NCBI RefSeq assembly: GCF_036365525.1
Contig: NC_090390.1
Location: 40,521,993-40,585,992, forward strand
Reading direction: 5' to 3'
Source of the DNA: Heterodontus francisci
Lineage: Eukaryota
DNA: 64,000 nt
A program made the position numbers and the translations under genes. How positions within the stretch are numbered: position 1 is the stretch's first letter; every line of letters begins with the position of its first letter. The notes beneath the pieces were generated by a model that saw only the letters and a list, made by a program, of their open reading frames with translations, ran no database searches and was not told the origin of the DNA. Shown here piece after piece: positions 52,330-64,000 of this stretch.

Positions 52330-54570
52330 CTCAAGTGGAAATTGGGGTGCAACCTAATCAGATGAACACTCAGAAATTAATGATGGAATTAGTGCAATAG
52401 AGAGGGATGACCTACATTCAGGAGACCAGGATGTAGAAGCAGTTTGGGTAGAGATGAGAAATCATAAAGGCAAGAAGTCACTTGTGGGAGTGATGTACAC
52501 GCCACCTAACATTAATCACACTGTAGGATGGGGTATAAAGGAAGAAATAATGGCAGCTTGTCAGAACAGTACAGCATTAATTATGGGGGATTTTAATCTA
52601 CATATAGACTGGAAAAATCAGATGGGCAGAGATAGGAGTACATAGAATGTTTTCCAGATAATTTCTTCGAACGATACGTTCTGGAGTCAACCAGAGAGCA
52701 GGCTATACGAGACCTGGTATTGTGCAACGAGATAGGATTAATTAATGACCTCATAGTGAAGGCGCCCCCAGGTAGTAGCGATCAAAATATGATTGAATTT
52801 TACATTCAGTTTGAGGGAGAGAAGAGTGGGTCCAAGACTAGTATCTTAAACTTAAATAAGGGCAATTATGAGGGCATGAAAGCAGAGCTAACTAAAGTGA
52901 ACTGGCAAATTAGGTTAAGGGATACGTCAATAGAGATGCAGTAGCAAACATTTCAGGGGATATTTCAGAATACACAGAATAGATACATTTCAATGAGAAA
53001 GAAAAATTCCAAAGGTGGTGAACTAAAACAGTTAAAGATAGTATCAAACTTAAAGAAAAAAAGCCTATAATTGCGCAAAGATGGGAGGCAGGTCAGAAGA
53101 TTGGACAGAATATAAATTACAACAAAGAATGACTAAACGATTGAAAAGGAAAGTAAAATTAGAGTACGAGAGAAAGCTAGCTAGAAATATAATGACAGAT
53201 AGTAAGAGTTTCAATAGATATTTAAGAAAGAAAACAGTTAGCAAAGTGAGCGTCGGTCCTATAGAAAGTGAGTCTGGGGAATTAATAATGGATAATAAGG
53301 AGATGGCAGATGATACCTTGCATCGGTCCTCACTTTGAGGATACAAATAATGTCCCAGTATTAGCTGTAAGTCAGGATGGAAGGGAGGGAGGAACTCAAG
53401 TAAATTACATTCACCAGGAAAGTGGTACTGAACAAATTGTTGGAGCTGCAGGCTGACAAGTCCCCGGGTCCTAATGGACTTCATCCTAGGATGTTAAAAG
53501 AAGTGACTAGTGCGATAGTTGATGCGTTAGTTTTAATTTTCCAAAATTCCCTAGATGTGGGGAAGGTTCCGTTAGATTGGAAAATAATGAATGTAACTCC
53601 TTTATTCAAAAAGAGAGAGAGATAGAAAGCAGGAAACTACAGGCTAGTGAGCTTAACATCTGTCTCAGGGAAAACATTAGAAGCTATTATTAAAGACATT
53701 GTAGCAGGGCATTTCAAAAAATTCAAAGTAATCAGGCAGAGTCAGCATGGTTTTGTGAAACGGAAATCAAGTTTAACCAATTTATTGGAGTTTTTTGAGG
53801 GAGTTCCATGTGCTGTGGATAAAAGGGAATCGGTGGATGTATTGTACTTAGATTTCCAGAAAGCAGTTGATAAGGTGCCACATCAAAGGTTATTGCAGAA
53901 ATAAAAGCTCATTGTGTAGGGGGTAACATATTGGCATGGATAGAAGATTGGCTAGTTAACAGGGAACAGAAAAGTAGGCATAAATAGGTAATTTTCTGGT
54001 TGGCAAGAAATAATGAGTGGTGTGCCACAGGGATCTGTGCTGGGGCCTCAACTTTTTACAAGTTATATATGGATGAAGGGACCGAAGGTATGGTTGCTAA
54101 ATTTGCTGATGACACAAAGATAGGTAGGAAAGTAAGTTGTGAAGAAGACATAAGGGGACTACAAAGGGAGAGAGATAGGTTAAGTGAGTGGGCAAAGACC
54201 TGGCAAATGGAGTATAATGTGGGAAAGTGTGAAATTGTCCACTTTGGCAGGAAGAATAAAAATGAAGCATATTATCTAAATGGTGAGAGATTGCAGAGTT
54301 CTGAGATGCAGAGTAATCTGGGTGTCGTAGTGCATTAATCGCAAAAGGTTAGTATGCAGGTACAGCACATAATTAGGAAAGCGAAAAGAATGTTATCGTT
54401 TATCGTGAGGGGAATTGAATACAAAAGTAGGGAGATTATGCTTCAGCTATACAGGGCATTGATGAGCCCACATCTGGAGTACTGTGTACAGTACTGGTCT
54501 CCTTATTTAAGGAAGGATGTAAATACGTTGGAGGCAGTACAGAGAAGGTTTACTAGACTAATACCTGGCA
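52330..54570 (+). mobile_element. Degenerate CR1 ORF2
   Basis: IMGDFN, QHGFVK, YLDFQKA, KFADDTK, HLEYCVQYWSP. Confidence 0.9.
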
Positions 54571-55419
54571 GTTCAGCCATGAACTTATTGAATGGCGGAG
54601 CAGGCTCCCCAACCATTTTCCTTTGCATTGTGCAGTTGGGCACAGAGAGAGGAAAACGGCCACTACATTTCCTGTGTCTACTAATAAGTGATGTATACCT
54701 CAGATCATAAATTTTAATATGTGTTGAGAGCATGCATAAGAGCAGTTACACTCCTTGTATATTTCAGTAGATTTGGGTATATTTGCAAAATATCCAAAAA
54801 ATCCATGGGATACCCTGTGAAACATATTGTGAAACTATGTGGATACTGCATTGGAATTAGACTTCATGTGGTATTAACACCAAGCAGTGTGAGATTACTC
54901 ACCACAGGGATCTCACACAGCTTCCCTCTGCAGTCAAATGGGGCCTAAATCTGGTGTTATACTGGAATTTTTACATCTCTGTTAGTACAGTGTACAGTGA
55001 TGCTGAAGTTGCAATACAAATGCACCAGAGAGGCTTCCAGTCAGAACCAATCAGATTTTCTCTAGGCTTTAAATTTTGTGCTTATCAAGGTAAAGGATAA
55101 CAGCTTTCTTTTCCATTTCCCATGCCAGGCATCCTTGCATGCTTTCCAGATAAGACGGTCAATTAGTGCTGAAATATGGGCAGCTTTTGCAATGAATTCA
55201 TACCCATTAAGACATAGATGTAGACTTTTCAAACTGATTTCATGTGGGGACTTTATAATTGTCAGAAAAAGGAGAATTTTATTGCCTTGAGTTTGGACTA
55301 GATTGGAACACAGGCTTCAAGGATAAAAAAAACCTATTCGACACAGTAATGGACATTTTTCAATGTGAGAACATTAGTATTGATAAGCAGTTATTTTGCC
55401 CAAACAGTAGGTATAAGTA

Positions 55420-55554
55420 AAAGCAAAATACTGCAGATGCTGGAAATCTGAAATAAAAACAAGAAATGCTGAAAATACTCGGCAGGTTTGGCAGCATCTG
55501 TGGAGAGGGAAGCAGAGTTAACGTTTCAGGTCAGTGACCCTTCATCAGAACTGG
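55420..55554. mobile_element. Penelope-like terminal-repeat fragment
   Basis: aaagcaaaatactgcagatgctggaaatctg...cttcatcagaactgg, flanked by the 14-bp direct repeat agtaggtataagta (55406-55419, 55561-55574). Confidence 0.65.
55516..55552 (-). ncRNA. Minimal type I hammerhead ribozyme motif
   Basis: The minus strand reads AGUU-CUGAUGA-AGGGUCACUGACCU-GAAA-C-GUU-AACU: complete catalytic core, stem I AGUU/AACU, a stem II hairpin, and a loopless palindromic stem III (AACGUU). Confidence 0.6.
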
Positions 55555-56427
55555 TATTATAGTAGGTATAAGTATATTGTTTTTATCTTTTTAAACATGG
55601 AAATAATAGAACCAATTTACCTCTACATTGTGCTCTAAAAATAGCTTCACTAAAAATGGGTAGAGTCCCTTCATGCCAGGTCTCCATCCCAACTGCACAG
55701 TGCACTGACTGCTTCATGAAGGTTTGGGTGGTATTTGATACTGTGCACCTGAAAGAGGTGCTGCTGTGGAAATCAAATCAAATTTAGATGGATGTTGAAT
55801 GGTACCATTTGTGCCTGAGAGCAGCGGTCCACCATTTCTGCTAGTTGCTGGTCAGCTGTATGTGTTGGGTCGGGAAACGTGTTTGAAATTCCAGTTTCAT
55901 AATTAAAGTGAGTTTTAGCACCGTTGATAGTGTTTCTGCAAATGGTTAACTTTGCTATTGTACTACTGATGCACTGTAGGCCCATATTGCAGCAAGAGCA
56001 TGGGAAGTGCTCAACATTATATGGCTCCCTTCTGCATGGCCTATTTGAGGGAGAAGGGAAGGACAACACCACTTTTGGATGCCAGAGAGGCAAGAATGGC
56101 ATTTACCTGGTCTTACACCAAATGTTATGGTTTGGGAACTCTTATCTTAAAGCTGCCAGGATAAACTGAACTTTGTTCAAATTGATTTCTAAATTCAAGA
56201 GGTTTATAGTGTCAATAAACCAGAAACAAGTTATCTGAGCTTGATTTACTCTGCTTGGAGAGAGACATTCTTGAATCAATCAGTCTGTTCAAGTCTAGAA
56301 ACTGGTAATTGGTACGTCTGACTAATATAATTCCAAAGAGATTTTATTTGAGTATAATGTATAACATTGATAGGAATGTCCATTTGAACTGACATACTTC
56401 AGCTTTAGAAAATCCTAGGTGAACATG

Positions 56428-56630
56428 CCAAAGACTTGCGGGTTGATAGGTAAATTGGCCATTGTAAATTTCCCCTATTGTAGGTAGGTGGTAGGAGAAT
56501 TGAGGAAAGGTGGGGATATGAGAGGGAAATGGGATTAATGTAGGATTAGTATAAATGGGTGGTTGATGGTCGGCATGGACCCGTTGGGCCGAAGGGCCTG
56601 TTTCGGTGTTGTATCTCTCTATGACTCTTT
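56428..56630 (+). mobile_element. 3' half of an HE1-like SINE
   Basis: Reverse-complement match to 6560-6760 with a gggccgaagggcctgtt tail. Confidence 0.8.
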
Positions 56631-56943
56631 ATAACATAGAACATTAATTGCTCCTCTTCCTTTCTTATTATTTTTAGTACAAATTTTGAAATGTTTATAT
56701 AGAGGTCTCCTACGCCACACGGTCGTACAGGGAATTAGTGCAATAATGTTATCCTTTCACTAGACAGATTGTGATAGAAGATGTTTTAAAAGTTGTTAGC
56801 TGTAAAGATCTTTTTTGAACTTGTCCAACCTAACTTTTGAGTTCTGAATAATACAATTACAACATTGACCAGAAGAAATGAATAAGTCTTTGAGATTAAT
56901 AAAATTTAGCTTTGATATAAGTGTTGAAATAAATATAGCTTTG

Positions 56944-58925
56944 CCATCCCAGGTTTTAAAAGAAGTAGGTGAGAATATTGCAGATGCCATAATTATAATC
57001 TTCCAAACTTCCCTTGGTTTGGGAACTATTCCTTTGGATTGAAAAATTGAGCATGTCACTCTGCTATTTAAGAAAGGTGAGAGAGGAAAACCAGGGAATT
57101 ATAGACCAGTTAGCCTAACATCTGTTGTTGGGAAATTAATAGACTCTATAATTAAGGATAGAGTGACTGAACATCTTGAAATTTTTCAGCTGATCATAGA
57201 GGCTAAGGATGGATTTGTAAAGGGTAGGTCATGCCTGACGAACCTGATTGAATTTTTTGAAGCGGTGACTGAAATAGTGGACAGAGGAATACCTATGGAT
57301 ATTATTTCTATGGAGTGCCTGAAGGAATTTGATAAAGTCCCTCATTTGACACTGTTAACTAAAGTTGAGGCTTGTGGAATTGAAGGCAAATTACTGACCT
57401 GTTTAAGAAATTGTGTGAGTGGCAGGGGACAGAGAGTAGGAATAATGGTCAGATACTTTAATTGGCAGGATTTGACTAGTGGTGTCCTGTAAGGATCTGT
57501 GTTGGGGCCTCAACTGTTCACTGTATTAAATAACAACATAGATGATGGGATAGAAAGCAATATATTCAAGTTTGCCAATGATACAAAGATAACCGACATT
57601 GTAAGCAGTGTAGACGGAAGCATAAAATTACAGAGAGATAGTAAATGATTAAGAGAATGGACAAAACTCTGGTAAATGAATTTCAATGCAGGCAAATGTG
57701 AGGTCATCCACTTTGGACGTAAAAGGGATAGAACAGAGTACTTTCTCAATGGTGAAAAGCTAGAAATATTGGAGCTGCAAACAGACTGGGGGTCCAGGTA
57801 CATAGATCATTAAAATGTCATGAACAGGTACAGAAAGTAATCAAAAAGGCTAATGGGATGCTGGCATTTATATCTAGAGGATTAGAATACAAGGGAGTAG
57901 AAGTTATGCTACAGTTATACCAAGTCCTGGTTAGACTACAGCAGGAGTACTGTGAGCAGTTCTGGGCACCACACCTTAGGAAGGATATATTGGCCTGGGA
58001 GGGACTGCAATGTAGATTTACTAGAATGACACCTGGACTCCAACAGTTAAATTGCAAGGAGCGATTACACAAACGAGGGTTGTACACCTTTGAATTTTGA
58101 AGGTTAAGCGGTGATATGATCAAAGCTTTCAAGATATTAAGGGAAACTGAAAGGGTAGGGAAAGAAAAACTATTCCCCACTAGTTGTGGAGTCAAGGATT
58201 AGGAGGTATAATCTAAAAATTAGAGCCAGGCCTTTCAGGATTGCTTGATTTTTGTTAAGTGATTCATTTGAAGTGATTCATTTTGGTAGGAAAAACGAAG
58301 AGAGGAAATATAAATTAAAGGGAACAATTCCAAAGGGAGTGCAGAAGCAGAGGGATCTGTGGGTATATGTGCACAAATCATTGAAGGTTGCAGGGCAGGC
58401 TGAGAAAGCGGTTATTAAAGCATATGGGATCCTGGGCTTTATAAATTGGGGCATAGAGTACAAAAACAAGGAAGTTATGATAAACCTGTATAAAACATTG
58501 GTTCAGCTTCAACTGGAGTATTCTGTCCAGTTCTGGGCACAACACTCCAGAAAGGATGCGAGCGGGTGTTAGAGAGGGTGCAGAAAAGATTCATGAGTAT
58601 GGTTCTAGGGATGAGGAACTTCAGTTACGTGGATAAATTGGAGAAGCTGGAGCTGTTCTTCTTGGAGAAGAGAAAGTTGAGAGGAAATTTGATAGAGGTG
58701 TTTAAAATGATGAGGGGTCTGCACAGTGTAGATTGTGAGAAACTGTTGCCATTGGCAGAAGGGTCGAGAACCAGAGGACACTAATTTAAGGTGATTAGTA
58801 AAAGAAACAACAGTGACATGAGGAAAAGTTTTTTATGGAGCGAATGATTAAGTTCTGGAATGCACTGCCTGTGAGTGTGGAGGAGGTAGATTTAATCATG
58901 GCTTTCAAAAGGGAATTGGATAATT
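56944..58925 (+). mobile_element. Two tandem degenerate CR1 RT fragments (56944-58240 and 58262-58925)
   Basis: GFVKGRSCLTNLIEFFE in the first, then a restart at EVIHFGRKN in the second. Confidence 0.85.
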
Positions 58926-61050
58926 CACAGAATCACAGAATTGTTACAGTGCAGAAGGAGGCCATTCAACCCATCATGTTTGCACTGGCTCTTTGAAAGA
59001 GCAAATCCCTCAGTTCCATTCCCCTGCCTTCTCCCTGTACCCTGCACATTCTTCCTTTTCATATAACTGTCTAATTCCCTTTTGAATACTTCAATTGTAC
59101 CTGCTTCCACCACATTTTCAGGCAGCGCATTCCAGACCTTAACCACTCTCTGCGTGAAAAAGTTGTCACTTTTGCTTCTCTTACCAAATACTTTAAATCT
59201 CTGCCCACTCATTCTCGATCCTTTCATGAGTGGGAACAGTTTCTCTCTATCTACTCTGTCCAGACCCCTCATGATTTTGAATACCTCTATCAAATCACCG
59301 CTCAGCTTTCTCTTCAAGGAAAACGGTCCTAACTTACCCAATCTATCTTCATAACTGAAATTCCTCATCCCTGGAACCATTCTCGTGACTCTTTTCTGTA
59401 CTCCCTCCAATACCCTTACGTCTTTCCTAAAGTGCACTGCCCAGAATTGGACGCAATACTCCAGCTGAGGCCACACTAGTGTCTTATATAAGTTCAACAT
59501 AACTTCCTTGCTCTTGTACTCTATGCCCATAAAGCCCAGGATACTGTATGCTTTATTAACTGTTCTCTCAACCTGTCCTGCCACCTTCAATGAATTATGC
59601 ACATCTACACCTGGGTCCCTCTGCTCCTGCACCCCCTTTAGAATTGTGCCCTTTATTCTATATTATTTCACCATGTTCTTGCTATCAAAATGAATCACTT
59701 CATATTTCTCTGCATTGAACTTCATCTGCCACCTGTCTGCCCATTCCACCAATCTATGTCCTTTTGAAGTTCTACGCTATCCTCCTCACAGTTCACAATG
59801 CTTCCAAGTTTTGTATCATCTGCAAACTTTGAAATTGTGTCCTTTACACAAAGGTCTAGGTCATTAATATATATCAGGAAAAGCAAGGGTTCCAACACTG
59901 ATCACTGGGGATCTCCAGTACAACCCGTCCTCCAGCCCGAAAAACATCCATTATCCACTATGCTTTGTTTCCTGTCACTCAGCCAATTTCGTATCCATGT
60001 TGCTACCATCCCTTTTATTCCATGAGCTACAAGTTTGCTCACAAGTCTGTTGTGTGGCACTGTATCAAATGCCTTTTGAAGGTCCATGTACACCACGTCA
60101 ACAGCATTGCCCTCATCAACCCTCTCTGTTACCTCCTCAAAAAACTCCAGCAAGTTAGTTAAACATGATTTTCCCTTAAGAAATCCATGCTGGTTTTCCT
60201 TAGTTAACTCGCATTTGTCCATGTGACTATTGATTTTGTCCGGAATTAATTTTTCTAGAAGTTAAAGTGACTGGCCTGCTGTTGCTGGGCTTATCTTTAC
60301 ACCTTTTTTCGAACAAGGGTGTAACGTTTGCAATTCTCCAGTCCTCTGGCACCACCCCCGAGTCTAAGGAAGACTGAAAAATTATGGCCAGTGCCTCTGC
60401 GATTTCCACCCTCACTTCCCTCAGTATCCTTGGATGCATCTCATCTGGTCCTGCTGTTTTATCCACTTTAAGTACAGACAGCCTATCTTATACTTCCTCT
60501 TTATCAATTTTAAATCCCTCCAGTGCCTGATTTACAACATCTTTCAACATTGCCTGGGTTGCATCTTCTTCCTTGGTAAAGACAGATGCAAAGTATTCAT
60601 TTAATACCTCAGCTATGCCCACCGCCTCCATGTTTAATCCCCTTTCTGGTCCCTAATTGGCCCCACTTGTCCTTTTATCACCTTTTTACTATTTATGTCC
60701 CGATAGAAAACTTTGGGATTTCCTTTAATGCTATCTGCCAGTCTCTTTTCATGCTCTCTCTTTGCTTCTCTTATTTGCTTTTTCACTTCCCCTCTGGACC
60801 TTCTATATTCAGCCTGATTCTCAATAGTATTTTCAACCTGGCATCTGTCATAAGCACACTTTTTCTTCTTCATCTTAATTTCTACCTCTTTTGTCATCAA
60901 GGGAGTTCTGGATTTGTTTGCTCTACTCTTCCCCTTCAAGGCAACATACCTTGACTGTGACCAAACTATCTCTTCTTTGAAGGTAGCCCATTGTTCATCT
61001 ACCAGTTTTCCTGCCAGCTTTTGACTCCAATTTATTTGCCCCAGCTCCAT
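58926..61050 (-). mobile_element. CR1 LINE, RT region to 3' end
   Basis: ORFs 60634-61050, 59902-60222 and 58925-59632, with a ttctgtga-repeat tail. Confidence 0.9.
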
Positions 61051-63441
61051 TCTTTTTTTTTATTCATTCATGGGATGTGGGCATCACTGGCCAGGCCAGC
61101 ATTTATTGCCCATCCCTAATTGCCCTTGAGAAGGTGGTGGTGAGCTGCCTTCTTGAACCGTTGAAGTCCATTTGGGGTAGGTACACCCACAGTGCTGTTA
61201 GAAAGGAAGTTCCAGGATTTTGACCCAGCGACAGTGAAGGAACGGCGATATAGTTCCAAGTCAGGATGGTGTGTGACTTGGAGGGGAACTTGCAGGTGGT
61301 GGTCTTCCCATGTATTTGCTGCCCTTGTCCTTCTAGTTGGTAGAGGTTGCGGGTTTGGAAGGTGCCGTCTAAGGAGCCTTGGTGCATTGCTGCAGTGCAT
61401 CTTGTAGATGGTACACACTGCTGCCACTGTGCGTCGGTGGTAGAGGGAGCGAATGTTTGTAGATGGGGTGCCAATCAAGCGGGCTGCTTTGTCCTGGATG
61501 GTGTCGAGCTTCTTGAGTGTTGTTGGAGCTGCACCCATCCAGGCAAGTGGAGAGTATTCCATCACACTCTTGACTTGTGCCTTGTAGATGGTGGACAGGC
61601 TTTGGGGAGTCAGGAGGTGAGTTACTCGCCTCAGGATTCCTAGCCTCTGACCTGCTCTTGTAGCCACGGTATTTATATGGCTACTCCATTTCAGTTTCTC
61701 GTCAATGGTAGCCCCTAGGATGTTGATAGTGGGGAATTCAGCAATGGTAATGCCATTGAATGTCAAGGGGAGATGGTGAGATTCTCTCTTGTTGGAGATG
61801 GTCATTGCTTGGCACTTGTGTGGCGCAAATGTTACTTGCCACTTATCAGCCCAAGCCTGGATATTGTCCAGGTCTTGCTGCATTTCTACATGGACTGCTT
61901 CAGTATCTGAGGAGTCACGAATAGAGCTGAACATTGTGCAATCATCAGCGAACATCCCCACCTCTGACCTTATGATTGAAGGAAGGTCATTGATGAAGCA
62001 GCTGAAGATGGTTGGGCCGAGGACACTACCCTGAGGAACTCCTGCAGTGGTGTCTTGGAGCTCAGTTGATTGACCTGCAACAACCACAACCACCTTCCTT
62101 TGAGCTAGATATGATTCCACGCCAGCGGAGTGTTTTCCCCCTGATACCCATTGACCTCAGTTTTGCTAGGGCTCCTTGATGCCATACTCGGTCAAATGCT
62201 GCCTTGATGTCAAGGGCAGTGACTCTCACCTCACCTCTTGAGTTCAGCCTTTTTGTCCATGTTTGAACCAAGGCTGTAATGAGGTCAGGAGCTGAGTGGC
62301 CCTGGCGGAACCCAAACTGAGCGTCACTGAGTAGGTTATTGCTCAGCAAATGCCGCTTGATGGCACTGTTGATGACACCTTCCATCACTTTACTGATGAT
62401 TGAGAGTAGGCTTATGGGGTGGTAATTGGTCGGGTTGGACGTGTCCTGCTTTTTGTGTACAGGACATACTTGGGCAATTTTCCACATTGCCGGGTAGATG
62501 CCAGTGTTGTAGCTGTACTGGAACAGCTTGGCTAGGGGCGCGGCAAGTTCTGGAGCACAGGTCTTCAGTACTGTTGCCGGAATATTGTCAGGGCCCATAG
62601 CTTTTGCAGTATTCAGCGCCTTCAGTCATTTCTTGATGTCACATGGAGTGAATCGAATTGGCTGAAGTCTGGCATCTGTGATGCTGGGGACTTCAAGAGG
62701 AGGCCAAGATGGATCATCAACTCGGCACTTCTGGCTGAAGATTGTTGCAAATGCTTCAGCCTTATCTTTTGCACTGATTTGCTGGGCTCCCCCATCATTG
62801 AGGATGGGGATATTTGTGGAGCTACCTCCTCCAGTTAGTTGTTTAATTGTCCACCACCATTCACGGCTGGATGTGGCAGGACTGCAGAGCTTAGATCTGA
62901 TTCGTTGGTTGTGGGATCGCTTAGCTCTGTCTATCGCATGCTGCTTACGCAGTTTGGCATGAAAGCAGTCCTGTGTTGTAGCTTCACCAGGTTGACACCT
63001 CATTTTGATGCTGCTCCTGGCATGCCCTCCTGCACTCTTCATTGAACCAGGGTTGGTCTCCTGGCTTGATGGTAATGGTAGAGTGAGGGATATGCCGGGC
63101 CATGAGGTTACAGATTGTGGTTGAGTACAATTCTGCTGCTGCTGATGGCCCACAGCGCCTCATGGATGCCCAGTTTTGCTTTGCTAGATCTGTTCGAAAT
63201 CTATCCCATTTAGCATGGTGATAGTGCCACACAACACGATGGACGGTATCCTCAATGTGAAGGCAGGACTTCGTCTCCACAAGGACTGTGCAGTGGTCAC
63301 TCCTACCAATACTGTCATGGACAGAAGCATCTGCAGCAGGCAGATTGGTGAGGACAAGGTCAAGTATGTTTTTCCCTCGTGTTGGTTCCCCCACCACCTG
63401 CCGCAGAGCCAGTCTAGCAGCTATGTCTTTTAGGACTCGGT
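61051..63441 (-). mobile_element. Longest family-B LINE copy (end of APE, RT, 3' UTR, poly-A)
   Basis: PTRGKNILDLVLTN...SDH, NYHPISLLS, GVPQGSVLGP, MFADD, and a tail of atgaatgaat plus poly-A. Confidence 0.92.
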
Positions 63442-63572
63442 CAGTACCCCATTGAAGTTAGAAAAAAAATAGGAGCAGGAGTAGGCCATTTGGCCCTTTG
63501 GGCCTGCTCTGCCATGCATAAAAGATCATGGCTGATCGTTTAATTCAGTATCCAGTTCCCATAGAAACATGG

Positions 63573-63998
63573 AAAGTCTAACTCAGGGTTAATGTGCATG
63601 TATGGGAATGTACGGTGTGTGGTTAATAAGCCTGGTGAGGTATAGGCGCAGATTGCCATGTGGAAATATGATGTTGTGGCTGTAACAAACACCTGGCTCA
63701 AAGAAGGATAGGACTGGGTGTTAAATATTCCTGAATACAAGTTGTTCAGGAAAGATAGGAAAGGGAAAAAGAGGGAGGGTTTGCGGTATTGATTAGAGAG
63801 TTCATTGCAGTGCTGGAGAAAAGGAATGTCCCAGAGGGGTTGAGGACAGAATCAATTTGGTTAGAGCTAAGGAACAAATACAACTAAATAACCACAACAT
63901 CATATTTCCACATGGCAATCTGCTCCTATACCTCACCAGGCTTATTAACCACACGCCGTACATTCCCATACATGCACTTTAACCCTGATTTCGACTTT
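63573..63998. repeat. Inverted duplication of a CR1 endonuclease N-terminal fragment
   Basis: 63573-63679 and 63892-63998 are near-perfect reverse complements. Confidence 0.9.
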
Positions 63999-64000
63999 AT

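Overview
This window is vertebrate genomic DNA, and the SINE/LINE families point to a cartilaginous fish (shark or ray). The only host coding sequence I can support is two + strand exons of a family X polymerase, best read as terminal deoxynucleotidyl transferase (DNTT): 4482-4605 (124 bp) and 10328-10460 (133 bp), which splice in frame. I could not find the next exon (GHDVDFLIT motif) by eye, so the remaining ~53.5 kb is apparently one giant intron. That stretch is packed with transposon debris: many CR1 LINEs, a second CR1/L2-group LINE family, L2, RTE, tRNA-derived SINEs, solo LTRs, hAT and Harbinger MITEs, and decayed Harbinger transposase and Myb/SANT genes. Most ORFs in the supplied track are LINE fragments, their antisense shadows, or tandem-repeat artefacts. 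The most notable structures are: (i) a 37-bp G-rich minisatellite inside a 2.1-kb Harbinger-type element that splits an older Harbinger transposase in frame; (ii) a minimal hammerhead-ribozyme motif in a Penelope-like fragment, plus a fold-back relative; (iii) a four-level nested insertion; (iv) an RTE lacking its RT domain; (v) an inverted duplication at the window end. I cannot demonstrate a wholly new biological system from the sequence alone. All family assignments rest on motif recognition, not database searches, and most element boundaries are approximate.
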